NCBI GenBank assembly: GCA_963674755.2
Contig: CAXXVS010000002.1
Span: 1,504,001-1,568,000, forward strand
DNA: 64,000 bases
From: Desulfobacterales bacterium
GTDB taxonomy: Bacteria; Desulfobacterota; Desulfobacteria; Desulfobacterales; UBA5852
Direction of reading: 5' to 3'
The notes under the pieces were generated by a model. It was not told the origin of the DNA, ran no database searches, and worked only from the letters and a program-made list of their open reading frames with translations. Below are positions 31,893 through 42,833 of the stretch, piece by piece (position 1 is the first letter of the stretch; every line of letters begins with the position of its first letter). Position numbers and translations under genes: made by a program.

Positions 31893-33710
31893 TCACTCCC
31901 GCGGCCGCTGGCGGTAGCGCTGCTGGGCGGAAAGGACAGCCTTGCGCAGCCGGATGGAGCGTGGGGTGACCTCCACCATCTCGTCTTCGCGGATGAAGTG
32001 GATGGCGCGCTCCAGGGTCATGGGCTTCACCGGCGACAGGATGACGTTTTCGTCCCGGCCGGCGGCCCGCATATTGGAGAGCTTCTTTTCCTTGCAGGGA
32101 TTGGCGTTGATGTCGTTGGACCGGTTGTGCTCCCCGAAAACCAAACCCTCATAAACCGGGTCCCCGGGCTCGATAAACAGCTGGCCGCGGGGCTCCAGGT
32201 TGAACAGGGCATAGGCCACGGCCTGGCCCTGGCGGTCGGATACGATGGAGCCGGTGAAACGGCTGGGAAATTCCCCCCGGTAGCTGTCGTAGCCCGCGAA
32301 ATAGGTATTGAGGATCCCGGTGCCCTTGGTATCGGTAAGAAACTCGTCCCGGTAGCCGATGAGCGCCCGGGCCGGAATGGTAAATTCCAGCCGCACGCGG
32401 CCGCTGCCGTGGTTGACCATATTGGCCATCTGCCCTTTGCGGGCCGAGAGCTTTTCGGTCACGATGCCCAAAAAGGTTTCATCGCAGTCGATATAGAGAT
32501 GTTCGATGGGCTCCAGGCGCTCCCCGTCGCGGTACTTGAAGATGACTTCGGGACGGCCCACGGTGAGCTCGAACCCCTCCCGGCGCATGGTCTCGATCAG
32601 AATCGCCATCTGGAATTCCCCGCGTCCCTTGACCAGGAAGACATCCCGGCTCTCGGTCTCCTCCATCTGGATGGCCACGTTGCGCAGGGTCTCTTTGACC
32701 AATCGCTCCCGGATTTTGCGGGACTGCACGATCTTGCCCTCCCGGCCGGCCAGGGGCGAATTGTTGATGGTAAAGCGCATGGCCACCGTGGGTTCGTCCA
32801 CCCGGATGCGGGGCAGGGCCACCGGCCCTTCCCGGGTGGCGATGGTGTCCCCGATCTGAACATCCTCGATACCGGACAGCACGATGATATCCCCGGTCTG
32901 GGCGGTCTCCACCTCCTGTAGAACCAGCCCGTCATAGGTCTGGAGGCGCGAAACTTTGAGCGGGCGCTGGTGGCCGCCCACCCCGATGCAGATCAGGTTG
33001 TCCTTGAGGCGGGCGTTTCCGTTGACCACTTTGCCGATGGCCAGGCGTCCCAGGTAGTCGGAGTAGCCCAGATCGGATACCAGCATCTGGAAGGGGGCTT
33101 GCGGGTCAAAGGCCGGGGCCGGAATGGCCTCCACGATGAGATCCAGCAACGGATGCAGGTTGACGCCTTTTTCGCGGGCCGTCTTCTGGGCCACGCCGTC
33201 GCGCCCGATGGCATACAGATAAGGAAAGTCCAGTTGGTCTTCGTTGGCATCCAGATCGATAAAAAGATCGTAGACCATGTCCAGGACCTCTTCGGGACGG
33301 GCATCCTTGCGGTCGATCTTGTTGATCACCACGATCACGGGCAGCCCGGCCGCCAGGGTCTTTTCCAGGACGAAGCGCGTCTGGGGCAGCGGCCCCTCGG
33401 ACGCATCCACCAGCAGCAGGGCGCCGTCGGCCATGGAGAGGGCCCGCTCCACTTCCCCCCCGAAATCCGCATGGCCCGGGGTGTCGATGATATTGATTTT
33501 GACGTCCCGCCACACCACCGAGCAGTTTTTGGCGGCGATGGTGATCCCCCGCTCCCGCTCCAGGTCCATACTGTCCATGACCCGTTCGTCCACATCCTGA
33601 TTGTCCCGAAACGTGCCGCTTTGGCGGAACATGGCGTCCACCAGGGTGGTCTTACCGTGATCCACGTGGGCGATGATGGCAATGTTGCGAATCAACTTGT
33701 TTTGCTGCAT
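31893..33710 (-). CDS. typA: Translational GTPase TypA/BipA
   Basis: IAIIAHVDHGKTT, ERGITI, DTPGHADFGGEVER, C-terminal EVTP.SIRLRK. Confidence 0.97.
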   Translation of the reverse strand: MQQNKLIRNIAIIAHVDHGKTTLVDAMFRQSGTFRDNQDVDERVMDSMDLERERGITIAAKNCSVVWRDVKINIIDTPGHADFGGEVERALSMADGALLLVDASEGPLPQTRFVLEKTLAAGLPVIVVINKIDRKDARPEEVLDMVYDLFIDLDANEDQLDFPYLYAIGRDGVAQKTAREKGVNLHPLLDLIVEAIPAPAFDPQAPFQMLVSDLGYSDYLGRLAIGKVVNGNARLKDNLICIGVGGHQRPLKVSRLQTYDGLVLQEVETAQTGDIIVLSGIEDVQIGDTIATREGPVALPRIRVDEPTVAMRFTINNSPLAGREGKIVQSRKIRERLVKETLRNVAIQMEETESRDVFLVKGRGEFQMAILIETMRREGFELTVGRPEVIFKYRDGERLEPIEHLYIDCDETFLGIVTEKLSARKGQMANMVNHGSGRVRLEFTIPARALIGYRDEFLTDTKGTGILNTYFAGYDSYRGEFPSRFTGSIVSDRQGQAVAYALFNLEPRGQLFIEPGDPVYEGLVFGEHNRSNDINANPCKEKKLSNMRAAGRDENVILSPVKPMTLERAIHFIREDEMVEVTPRSIRLRKAVLSAQQRYRQRPRE

Positions 33711-34328
33711 TTCTAACGACATGAGTTGTATCCTTGCTTGGCGCAAAAAAAAACAGCCATCACTGGCGACGGCCTAAAAATAATCATCCTCGAGCGACCC
33801 ACCAGGGGCGGCGCGGCATACCCATCGGTGAAAGCGGCTGCCGGCAGAGGATATGGCTTAGGGAAACCAGGGCCTATATGCCATCCAATGTGTTTTGTCC
33901 ATAGAAATCCCTTTACCCGAACAGGCAGGCGCCCATACCGCAACGCCAGGAAACGTTCCGATGCAGAAAATCAGGTCTCCGATCCCGTCGTTTTTCAACA
34001 CAGGATCGGATCTTGACTTAAGAATTCACGATTGGGGCCGATAGCCCTATGGGGGTTGTCATGAACAGCGGTCATTCCACCGGGTGCATGGCGAACCTGT
34101 TCATTCAGGCGAACGGCCAAGGATGCAAATGGTAGGTTAGCGCAATATGCAACGGGCAGACGGGAGGGATGGCGTTTGGTTCCGTTTGATTTTGATAGGG
34201 AATGCCCCAACAGGCGGCCATCGGCAACCGCCCCGGCGACGCTCTTTTGACATGCACCTTGACCGAGGGATCTAATTGGGTTAAGGCGACGCTTTCCTGT
34301 ATAAAACAAAAGGTGGGACTTCGCTTCC

Positions 34329-34748
34329 ATGGAAGATCATAGCAGACAAAAATGGCTCTCAATCCTGTTTTTTACCGTGTCGGGATTGGTTTTCGGCATT
34401 TCGTTCTATCTGATCACGGCCGGTGCCGGCGCCTCGCCCGAGCCGACGCCGGCCACCGTCGCGGCCGCCACCAATGTCCTGCCCTACGCGGACCAACCGC
34501 AGGTCAACATTGTGTTGCAACGGGACATTCGGATGCGGTTGGGTGATCTGGACATCACCTACCGGGGTGTGGAAGATCACAAGCTGCGCCTGGAAGTGGT
34601 GGTCCTGGATCTCGATCCCCAATATGCTTACCAGCACGCCATTGCCTTGGACAAGGCCGGCCTTGGTTTCCGGCTGGCGGGCGTCCGGCTGAAGCTGCTT
34701 TCCGCCCGGGATTCGCGTGCCAAACTCCTTTGGGACCGCCAGGGATAG
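34329..34748 (+). CDS. Hypothetical single-TM protein
   Basis: N-terminal TM helix; fills an intergenic gap with host-like codon usage. Confidence 0.65.
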   Translation: MEDHSRQKWLSILFFTVSGLVFGISFYLITAGAGASPEPTPATVAAATNVLPYADQPQVNIVLQRDIRMRLGDLDITYRGVEDHKLRLEVVVLDLDPQYAYQHAIALDKAGLGFRLAGVRLKLLSARDSRAKLLWDRQG

Positions 34749-34769
34749 AGACCGCCGGCCCGAAACGGG

Positions 34770-35153
34770 TTACTCGTGAATACGTCGATCCCAGTCGAAT
34801 TCCCGGGACGTCACGCTGTCTTCCAGCCGGCGGATGCGCCGTTCGAGATCCCGGGCCCGGCGCCGGATGCGCTGGGCGGCCCCTTCGGGGGAGTGGACAT
34901 AGCTGTGGTAGAACTCGCGCTCATCGTCGCTGCGGATGGGACGAACCGGTTCGGGCTTCATGATCAGGGCGGCGATCAGGTAGATGCCCGTCATGGGCCA
35001 CAGACCGGTCGTGATGAGCAGCACGACGGCCAGCATTCGAATCCAGCCGACTTTGAGGTCGAAATAGTCGGCAAGCCCCCGGCATACCCCAAAAAGCACG
35101 CCCTTGCGGGACCGATAGAGACCGTTGGAAGGTCTAATGCGTTTTCTCGCCAT
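34770..35153 (-). CDS. pspC: Phage shock protein C
   Basis: LYRSR.G.LFGVCRGLADYF, RRLEDSVTSREF. Confidence 0.92.
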   Translation of the reverse strand: MARKRIRPSNGLYRSRKGVLFGVCRGLADYFDLKVGWIRMLAVVLLITTGLWPMTGIYLIAALIMKPEPVRPIRSDDEREFYHSYVHSPEGAAQRIRRRARDLERRIRRLEDSVTSREFDWDRRIHE

Positions 35154-35400
35154 GATCTTTGGAACTCCTCTCTGAATACTCCATCAGGATGGTCTCCAGC
35201 GCTTCCACCCGTTGTTCCATTCGTGACAACCCCTGGTAAATATCCTGAATCATCCGGGCCTCTTTCTCCCGGGCCTCCCGGCTGTGAGCGGAAAGCCCCC
35301 CGTGGCGCAATTTCATGGCCAGGAGGATGGTGGCGCAAACCGTGCCCAGAATAAGCACCAGGCTGCCGAAAACTATCGTGACAATCCAGACCGCCGTCAT
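35134..35400 (-). CDS. pspB: Phage shock protein B-like
   Basis: TM helix plus RMEQRVEALETIL; lies between pspA and pspC. Confidence 0.8.
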   Translation of the reverse strand: MTAVWIVTIVFGSLVLILGTVCATILLAMKLRHGGLSAHSREAREKEARMIQDIYQGLSRMEQRVEALETILMEYSERSSKDHGEKTH

Positions 35401-35426
35401 GGGGTATCCACTCCCGGGTTAGATCG

Positions 35427-35662
35427 GTATCCATCCAGAGGTGACAACTTTTGGCCCCTGGCCCGCCGCCGGTGGACCAAATCCACCTTTAGCGGGCAAG
35501 CTGGCGTTCGCGCCTCCTGTCGGTCCTCGGCGTAGCCGGGCTGCGCCGGTGGACGCCCGTCGGCTGCGCTTTGTTGAACACCGATGTGTTACAGATCCGG
35601 CGTGAAATCCCGCGCTGTGCGGCGGGACCAGGAACCCAAATCTACCACCTCTGGATGGATAC
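35427..35662 (-). mobile_element. MITE-like element, family 1, inside the psp operon
   Basis: Perfect 17-bp TIRs GTATCCATCCAGAGGTG (35427-35443) / CACCTCTGGATGGATAC (35646-35662); interior matches the reverse complement of copy 1. Confidence 0.82.
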
Positions 35663-35706
35663 ATGATAATTCGCGTCTATAACATGATACGGGGTGCCCG
35701 GCCGTT

Positions 35707-36387
35707 TCAGGTCGCCGCCGGCTTATCGACTGTTTCTGGCCGTGATTTGATTGCGGCCAGCTCATTTTCGATGTCGTCATCCGTAACCAGTTCCTCGAAA
35801 GCCTTATCGAGGGTCGGGCCGGCGCCGTAGTTGACCAGATCGGCTTCGGCTTCCATGCGATCGATGCGCCGTTCCAGCTCCTCGAATTTGGCGATGGTTT
35901 CATGATTGCCGGCGCGCCGGATCTCTTCCTGCGCACGGCGGGCGTTCTGGGCCCGGGCGTGGCGGTGAACCAGCATACGCTGTTTTTCACGCGCGGAATG
36001 CAGCTTGTTCTCCAGTTGCTGGATATCATCGTGGTATTGATTGATCAATCCATCCTGCTCGGCCATCTCCCCCTGGAACCCTTCGGCCAGACGCGTAAAA
36101 CGACGCTTTTCAAGAAGGGCCTCCCGGGCCAGGTCGTCGCGGCCTTTGCGCACCGCCAGACGGGCCCGCTCATCCCAGTGGCGCTCCCTGTCCTGAACTT
36201 CCGCCAGGCGCCGCCCTGTCTTTTTGTGGTCGGCGATAACACCGGCGCAGGCCGCCTTGATCTCCACCAGCGTGTCTTCCATCTCCCGGATCATCAGCTT
36301 GATCAATTTCTCCGGGTCTTCCGCCCGATCGAGCATGGCATTGATATTGGAACTGATAATGTCGCGAAAACGTGTAAAAATTCCCAT
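35707..36387 (-). CDS. pspA: Phage shock protein A
   Basis: MGIFTRFRDIISSNINAMLDRAEDPEK, RDDLAREAL. Confidence 0.96.
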   Translation of the reverse strand: MGIFTRFRDIISSNINAMLDRAEDPEKLIKLMIREMEDTLVEIKAACAGVIADHKKTGRRLAEVQDRERHWDERARLAVRKGRDDLAREALLEKRRFTRLAEGFQGEMAEQDGLINQYHDDIQQLENKLHSAREKQRMLVHRHARAQNARRAQEEIRRAGNHETIAKFEELERRIDRMEAEADLVNYGAGPTLDKAFEELVTDDDIENELAAIKSRPETVDKPAAT

Positions 36388-36421
36388 GAGGACCTCCTGG
36401 TTTGGTTTGGTCGAATACCAA

Positions 36422-36438
36422 AGCAGAAAGGATGCCAA
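36422..36438 (-). promoter_or_regulatory. Sigma54 -24/-12 promoter of pspA
   Basis: TTGGCATCCTTTCTGCT (GG-N10-GC) upstream of pspA, divergent from pspF. Confidence 0.85.
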
Positions 36439-36573
36439 ACTGATCATCCGCGTTGTTTATACGTTATTCCAACTAGATACCCATTGACAGGGCCAATATC
36501 CCTATTGTATTTATTCTCCATATATTAGCTAAATTTACCATTTTTACGTCTTTTTACCACACTACGGATCGCC

Positions 36574-37602
36574 ATGGTCGCCCTATCATCCCCCGCCGCC
36601 GACTACCAGGAAGGCCTCGGTCAATCCGAAGCGTTTCTGGATTTCCAGGAACGGCTCTCCCGGGTGGCGACGGTCGAACGTCCGGTCCTGCTGATCGGCG
36701 AGCGGGGCACCGGCAAGGAACTGGCCGCCCGCCGCCTGCATTATCTCTCCCCGCGCTGGGAGGGTGCCTTTCTGACGTTGAATTGTGCGGCCCTTAGCCC
36801 CGCCCTGATCGAATCCGAACTCTTCGGACACGAACGGGGCGCCTTCACCGGAGCCCAGCAGCGGCGCATCGGCCGCTTTGAAACGGCCCATCGCGGTACG
36901 TTTTTTTTGGATGAAATCGGGTCCATCCCCCTGGCCGCCCAGGAAAAGATCCTGCGGGTGGTGGAGTATGGTAGTTTCGAACGGGTGGGCAGCAGCGCCC
37001 CGGTGGAAGTCGATGTGCGCATCGTGGGCGCCACCCATGCCGATCTGCGCGGCATGGCGCGGGAGGGTCGCTTCAAGCAGGATTTGCTGGATCGGCTGGC
37101 CTTCGAAGTCCTGTACCTGCCGCCCCTGCGATCGCGCCAGGGGGATATCCTGCTGCTGGCCCGCCATTTTGCCGGACGCATGGCACTTGAATTGGGCCGC
37201 CGGGAGGTGCCGGTGTTCAGCCGCGCGGCCGAAAAGGACCTGGCGCGTTACCCCTGGCCGGGCAACATCCGCGAACTTAAAAACGTGGTGGAACGGGCGG
37301 TCTATCTTGCCGAAGGAGACCGTATCACCACCATCCGCTTCGATCCCTTCGATCTGCCCGGATTGCCGGCGACGCGGCCCGATCCGCCGTCGACACTCCC
37401 GGCAGAAGAAGCGCCGGCCGTACCGGCGGCCGGTCCTCCGTCCGATCTGCCGTTAACCGAGGCGGTCGCGCAACTCCAGCTGGATCGGCTGAAAGCGGCC
37501 CTTCAGGCCACCCGCTTCAACCAGCGCCGGGCCGCGACGCGTTTGGGCCTGACCTACGATCAGTTCCGGGGGCTCATGCGCAAGTTCAAAGACCACCTGT
37601 GA
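36574..37602 (+). CDS. pspF: Sigma54 activator PspF
   Basis: GERGTGKE, GAFTGA, DLLDRLAF, HTH LGLTYDQFR; no N-terminal regulatory domain; divergent from pspA. Confidence 0.95.
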   Translation: MVALSSPAADYQEGLGQSEAFLDFQERLSRVATVERPVLLIGERGTGKELAARRLHYLSPRWEGAFLTLNCAALSPALIESELFGHERGAFTGAQQRRIGRFETAHRGTFFLDEIGSIPLAAQEKILRVVEYGSFERVGSSAPVEVDVRIVGATHADLRGMAREGRFKQDLLDRLAFEVLYLPPLRSRQGDILLLARHFAGRMALELGRREVPVFSRAAEKDLARYPWPGNIRELKNVVERAVYLAEGDRITTIRFDPFDLPGLPATRPDPPSTLPAEEAPAVPAAGPPSDLPLTEAVAQLQLDRLKAALQATRFNQRRAATRLGLTYDQFRGLMRKFKDHL

Positions 37603-37659
37603 CCCGACTTTCGGCCGCCTGCGAGCGGAGCGGAACGGCCTTCTTCCCGGGCGGCATCA

Positions 37660-40600
37660 TCACACCCGCCGCACAGGGGACCGGTCCAGTTCCCCACGGA
37701 CCGCCATACCGATTTTTTCGAGGGTGTAAGGCTTCTTCAGATACTGACCGACGCCCAGATCCAGGGCGGTCTTGACGCGCTCGGTTTCGGCGTATCCGCT
37801 GGCGATGATCACCTTCTGCTCTGGCCGGATGGCCATGATTTCCCGGTAGGTATCCAAACCGTCCATTCCGGGATCCATGATCATGTCGAGGATCACCAGA
37901 TCCACGGCATTCGCTTTCAGAAAGGCGACCGCCTTTTCGCCGCTGGAAACCGTTGTAACGGCATAGTTCAGGCGGCTCAAGATGCGGGAGGCGATTTCAC
38001 GCTGCTCCTGAATGTCGTCCACCACCAAAATTGATTCGTTGCGCCCGCGGATGGTATCGTGCGACGGGACCGGGTGATCCTGGCGCACCTTGCGCGACAT
38101 CGGGAAGTAAAGTTCGAATACGCTTCCGTTGCCGGTTTCGCTCTGGATATCGATGTAGCCCTTGTGGTCCTGGACCGTACCCCACACCACGGCCATGCCG
38201 AGGCCGGTGCCGCTGCGCCCCAAAACCTTTTTGGTGTAGAACGGCTCAAAAATGCGGGGGAGATCTTCTTCGGCAATGCCGTGCCCCTGATCGGCAACCC
38301 GCAGGAGGATATATTCCCCTTCAGCGACTTTTTCATATCCGGCCAGGGGTTGGTCTACATAGCAGCTTTCGGTAGAGATACGGACCAGACCGCCACCCGG
38401 TTGGGCTTCGGCGGCATTGGCAATCAGGTTCAAAATCGTCTTTTTAAGATGGATCGGCGAGCCTTCCAGGTTGGGCAAATTGGGCTCGCAGACGACCTGG
38501 AAATCCACATCCGGGTGGAAGCCGACCAGCTTGTGGTGCTCCGGCGAGCGCATAACGTCGGTAACGATGTCATTGAGGTTGATCACTTCGAAGGCGGTGA
38601 CCCCTCTGCGGGCCAGGGTCAACAGATCCTGCACGATAGCGGCGGCCTTGAGGCCGGATTCCTTGATCGTCATCACCGAGGCTGCCAGGGGGCTGTCCGC
38701 CGGAAGATCCATCAGAATCAAATCCGGATAGCTCACGATGCCGGAAAGGACATTATTGAGATCGTGGGCCACACCCCCCGCCAGAAGGCCAAGGGCCTCC
38801 ATTTTTCGGGACCGGGACAGCTTTTCAAGGAGTTCGAGACGCTCGGCTTCGGCTTTTTTGCGCTGGGAGACGTCCCGGGCGACGCCCAGAATCGTCTCCG
38901 GACATCCTTTTTCATCCAACATGATCGTGGCGGTCACCTCGGTCCAGACCTGAGTGCCGTTTTTGTGACGAAGCGCCAGTCCCAGGGTCTGCAAACGTCG
39001 AAAATTCCCGGGCCGCTCCCTGTCAGCGACCGCCCGGTCAAGGGCCGCCTGAACTTTTGCGCGTTCGAACTCGGGAATGATCTCCTCGAGGTTGAGCGCC
39101 ATGATTTCCTTGGCGGTCCATCCCAGGATATGCCTGCTTGTGGGGCTTACGTAAGTAAAGTTATAATTCAGGTCCATGGTCCAGATGGTTTCAGAAATGC
39201 TCTCGGTGAGCAGCCGATATTTCTCTTCGCTTTGCCGCAAGGCCTCCTCGGTCTTCTTCCGCTCGGAGATGTCGCGCATGATGCCCACAGCATGCCACTG
39301 CTCCTTGAGTCGGACGGACGCCAGGGAAAGCTCCACCGGAATTTCGCTCCCGTCCCGGTGGCATGCCGCCAATTCGATGGTGCGGCCGACCGCATCCCCT
39401 TCGCCGGTAAGCTGGAAGGCGTCAAAGGCCTGCATGAAACCTTTCAGATACCGATCCGGTGCCAGAAAGCGGTGCAACCGCCGGCCCAGCACGTCCTCCT
39501 CCCGATAGCCGAACATCTCCTCCCCGGCACGGCTCCAGTAAGCAATTTTCCCTTCGTTGTCGATCATGATGATGGCATCCCGAGCTGCATAGCCGATGGC
39601 CCGGAACATCTCCTGGCTGTCCTTTAAATCCTGCTCCGCCCGCAGGCGTTCCGTAATGTCCCGGAACTCGGTGACACGCGCGTTCTCATCGCCGAAGGGG
39701 ATGTCTTTGCCCTGGATCTCCAACGGATAGACGGATCCGTCCTTGCGCAGGCCCACCACCTCGTAAGGCGCCTCGAAACCGGAGAGGATGTTGCGGCGCA
39801 CGGTATCGCGCCATTCGGGGGCAATCAACTGCAGCCCGTCCATGCCGATCAATTCGTCTTCGCTGTAGCCGGTCAAGCGGGTCAGCGCCTGATTGACATC
39901 CTTGATGAGGCCTTTTACGTGGATGCCGATGGCGCCCACCGATGCTTCATGCATCCGGCGAAAGCGGGCTTCGCTTTCCTGCAGTTTGATCTCGTTTTTT
40001 TTGCGCTCGGAGATGTCTTCAAGATTGACGACCATGCCGCCGGCCGAACCGGTTCCCGGACGATAGGTGGCGGCATGGATCTGAACGTGAATGACGGTGC
40101 CGTCCTTGCGACGCCGCTGGGTTTCGAAGGCGAAAGAGCAGTCCTGAAAAGCTTTCTCGATGGCTTGGCGGGTCTCTTCCCGGCAGTCCTCCGGGACGAA
40201 ATCGATCGGTTGGCCGATGAGCTCCCGCAGTTCCCAGCCGAAAATGCGAGTAAAAGCCGGGTTGCAATACAGGACCTTGCCCTGGTTGTCATACACCACG
40301 ACCGCGTTGGGACTGGATTCCAGAACGGCCCTGTACTTTTCACGGCTTTCAGCCAAGTCCCGCCAGGCCTCATGCCGCCGCTTTTCCGTTCCACTCCACT
40401 GCCAGACATAGTAGCCCGAGAAGGCGATCAGCAACAGCAGCAGCGCCACGCTGAGCATGATCAGACGATGGGACAGGACGGCGGCCTCCGCACGGACATC
40501 TTCGATATAGATCCCCGAACCGAGGATCCATCCCCAGGGCTGGAAGGCCTCGACGTAGGATATTTTCGGAACGATGCGATGGGGGTCGTCCTTCCACTGC

Positions 40601-41067
40601 CACATGTAGTCCACGAAACCGCCGCCCTTATGACGGGCCGCGCGCACAACCTCGCGAAACAGGAATTTCCCGCTGGGGTCCTCGTAATCCGCAATATTGT
40701 GGCCGACAAGATCCTGCCGATAGGGATGCATGATCAACGTGGGGGTAAAGTCGTTGATCCAGAAGTAGTCTTTATTTTCCGGTCCATAGCGCATGTTCTG
40801 CAGCAGGTGGAGGGCCCTTTGCTGGGCTTCGGCACGGGACAGCAGCCCCTGCTGTTCCTGGTCGTGGTAATACACCAGCGTCTGCATGGCCGTCCGGACC
40901 AATTCCCGGACCATTTCCTTCTTCAAGGCCAGCATGCGGCTTTCCACCAGGGGGAGCGCCACCCGGAGGACGATCAGCACAAACGCCAGCAACAATAGCA
41001 GGGCGGGAATGACGATCCGCATGGGGCTGGCCGGTTTGCCGCTTACGGATGCTTTGTGAGAAAGCAT
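37660..41067 (-). CDS. Hybrid histidine kinase: single Cache, 4 PAS, HisKA, HATPase, REC
   Basis: YFWIND..MHP..GFVDYMW..PKISYV..WGWILGSGIY Cache domain; AHDLNN; LVILDMIM. Confidence 0.93.
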   Translation of the reverse strand: MLSHKASVSGKPASPMRIVIPALLLLLAFVLIVLRVALPLVESRMLALKKEMVRELVRTAMQTLVYYHDQEQQGLLSRAEAQQRALHLLQNMRYGPENKDYFWINDFTPTLIMHPYRQDLVGHNIADYEDPSGKFLFREVVRAARHKGGGFVDYMWQWKDDPHRIVPKISYVEAFQPWGWILGSGIYIEDVRAEAAVLSHRLIMLSVALLLLLIAFSGYYVWQWSGTEKRRHEAWRDLAESREKYRAVLESSPNAVVVYDNQGKVLYCNPAFTRIFGWELRELIGQPIDFVPEDCREETRQAIEKAFQDCSFAFETQRRRKDGTVIHVQIHAATYRPGTGSAGGMVVNLEDISERKKNEIKLQESEARFRRMHEASVGAIGIHVKGLIKDVNQALTRLTGYSEDELIGMDGLQLIAPEWRDTVRRNILSGFEAPYEVVGLRKDGSVYPLEIQGKDIPFGDENARVTEFRDITERLRAEQDLKDSQEMFRAIGYAARDAIIMIDNEGKIAYWSRAGEEMFGYREEDVLGRRLHRFLAPDRYLKGFMQAFDAFQLTGEGDAVGRTIELAACHRDGSEIPVELSLASVRLKEQWHAVGIMRDISERKKTEEALRQSEEKYRLLTESISETIWTMDLNYNFTYVSPTSRHILGWTAKEIMALNLEEIIPEFERAKVQAALDRAVADRERPGNFRRLQTLGLALRHKNGTQVWTEVTATIMLDEKGCPETILGVARDVSQRKKAEAERLELLEKLSRSRKMEALGLLAGGVAHDLNNVLSGIVSYPDLILMDLPADSPLAASVMTIKESGLKAAAIVQDLLTLARRGVTAFEVINLNDIVTDVMRSPEHHKLVGFHPDVDFQVVCEPNLPNLEGSPIHLKKTILNLIANAAEAQPGGGLVRISTESCYVDQPLAGYEKVAEGEYILLRVADQGHGIAEEDLPRIFEPFYTKKVLGRSGTGLGMAVVWGTVQDHKGYIDIQSETGNGSVFELYFPMSRKVRQDHPVPSHDTIRGRNESILVVDDIQEQREIASRILSRLNYAVTTVSSGEKAVAFLKANAVDLVILDMIMDPGMDGLDTYREIMAIRPEQKVIIASGYAETERVKTALDLGVGQYLKKPYTLEKIGMAVRGELDRSPVRRV

Positions 41068-41188
41068 GGCAGGTCTCTCCAAAAGTTCTTCCCTCTCCGG
41101 GATCCATGCCAAAGATTTGGGTCTGGATTGGCCTCGACCCGTCCGCTGGCGCTGCGGATAGGAAGTGATCCGACCCCTCAACCCTGTT

Positions 41189-42568
41189 CTAACGAAAGGA
41201 TTGGGAATCGATTCGCAACAACCGGCGCACCACCCGCCAGGCGAAAAAAGCGAACAGCAGGACGCATCCCAGCAGCAGGGAGGACAATGATACCATTCTT
41301 CCCGATGTGCGCCGGGGGGAGGCTTTCGCCTGCAGGTACCCGCCGAGCGTTATCGCAGGCCCGATGGCGAGGGTCGCGATCCGTTCGCCGGCCGCCGCCC
41401 GGGCTTCCGTCAGGTCGGCCGGCGGCGGCAGGGCTTCCGCCATCCGGCTGCCGTACGCCAAAAGGTAGGCCCCACCGCGTTCCGCCTTAAAAAAAAGCGC
41501 TTGGGGCCGCCACCCCAGCATCAATCGGGGAACATTGTTTCCCAGACGGCTGCGGCGAGGGTCGATATCGAGCTTCCAGTGCCGATCGGCGGTTTCCGGC
41601 AGACTCACCGGAAGATTGCGCAGAATTTGATCTTCCCAGGTCAACTGATAGAAGAGCCCCTGATAGTGAATACGCCACACGGCGCGTTCGGCATCCCGCG
41701 ACTGAAGAGTGCCGACCAACAAGCTGTTGCCCTGTGAAAACCGCAAATCGACTTGATCCACCGGGAACCACCCGCCGCTGTCGAATTGCATACTGCCGGG
41801 GGCTTGCTGGTCGGTTCGATAGGCGGCCCGAACCCACCGTCGTGGGGGTAGCGGGGTCCGGAGGACCGGCACACCCTCCACCGCCTTCAACATCACGGCA
41901 TCGGCGCCGCTGATCCAGGACAATTTGAAATACCGATCCTGCGGCTTTCCGACGGGCAGAACAATGGTCCGATTTTCCAGCCGCCACTCGCCGTGCCGGA
42001 TGTCCCACAAAGAAACGGCCGGAACCAGCGGCTGCCAGTGGGTAAGATCGCGGCCGGTCTCGAGGCGGACGTTGACCAGCACATTGGGCCGGTTCCGCTG
42101 CCAGACGAGGGTGAGCTTGGCAAGGCCCCGCGGCAGACCGTTGTGATCGATAAGATAAGCCGGTGCCGCCTTTTCTTCCCCTGTGACCGGTAAACCGGAA
42201 CGGCCCGGCAGCGCGCGGCTGGGGTTCGTGCCCACGCTCACATCGGGGCGGCCCTTACCCGGCGTTTCATTGCCGAGCGGAGAAAATGGCAAGGGAGTGG
42301 GGTGGACCGTGCCGTCAGCCGCCGGAGGACGTTCCAGGAGGTGGGGCACCGGGCGCCCGTCCATGCGAAAAATAGCGATATCACCGGCATCGGACCGGGC
42401 CATATGACGATAAACCGTCTCCGGCAGGACCACCCTTACAAGACCGCTTTGTTCGGGGGGGGCCAGACGCAGGCCATAGGCGAAATCATTCATGCGGAAT
42501 GCGGCACGACCTGCCACGGGGAGGGCAAGAATAGCAAGCAACCATAGCGCCCGGATACTGGCTTTCAT
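41189..42568 (-). CDS. DUF3999-like exported protein
   Basis: Signal peptide, DFAYG, D.GDIAIF..GRPVP, YLLAYG, C-terminal TM helix. Confidence 0.7.
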   Translation of the reverse strand: MKASIRALWLLAILALPVAGRAAFRMNDFAYGLRLAPPEQSGLVRVVLPETVYRHMARSDAGDIAIFRMDGRPVPHLLERPPAADGTVHPTPLPFSPLGNETPGKGRPDVSVGTNPSRALPGRSGLPVTGEEKAAPAYLIDHNGLPRGLAKLTLVWQRNRPNVLVNVRLETGRDLTHWQPLVPAVSLWDIRHGEWRLENRTIVLPVGKPQDRYFKLSWISGADAVMLKAVEGVPVLRTPLPPRRWVRAAYRTDQQAPGSMQFDSGGWFPVDQVDLRFSQGNSLLVGTLQSRDAERAVWRIHYQGLFYQLTWEDQILRNLPVSLPETADRHWKLDIDPRRSRLGNNVPRLMLGWRPQALFFKAERGGAYLLAYGSRMAEALPPPADLTEARAAAGERIATLAIGPAITLGGYLQAKASPRRTSGRMVSLSSLLLGCVLLFAFFAWRVVRRLLRIDSQSFR

Positions 42569-42833
42569 TGGTCGAGCCCTTGTGAAAGGAGGGGCCGTGG
42601 ATCGTTCAAACCCCTCAAAACGGAGTTGTGGTGCCGCCTTATTTGGATAAGGTAGCATTCACGTTAATTGATTGCAATGCGGATCACAACCGAAGCTCGG
42701 ATGAAACGCATTGCCACAAGAATCCAGCGGATATCTAAAACCCGGGGAAATCGTTTAATTTCGAGCCAGTGCGTTTCGACGGGGGGTAAAGCACGGCGCC
42801 ATCTTTTGAAGGGGCGGCGGGGCAAACCCGCTT

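Noticed and set aside
33750..34320. ncRNA or gene in the typA upstream gap
   Set aside because: No recognisable RNA motif, and the short ORFs lack RBS or domain support.
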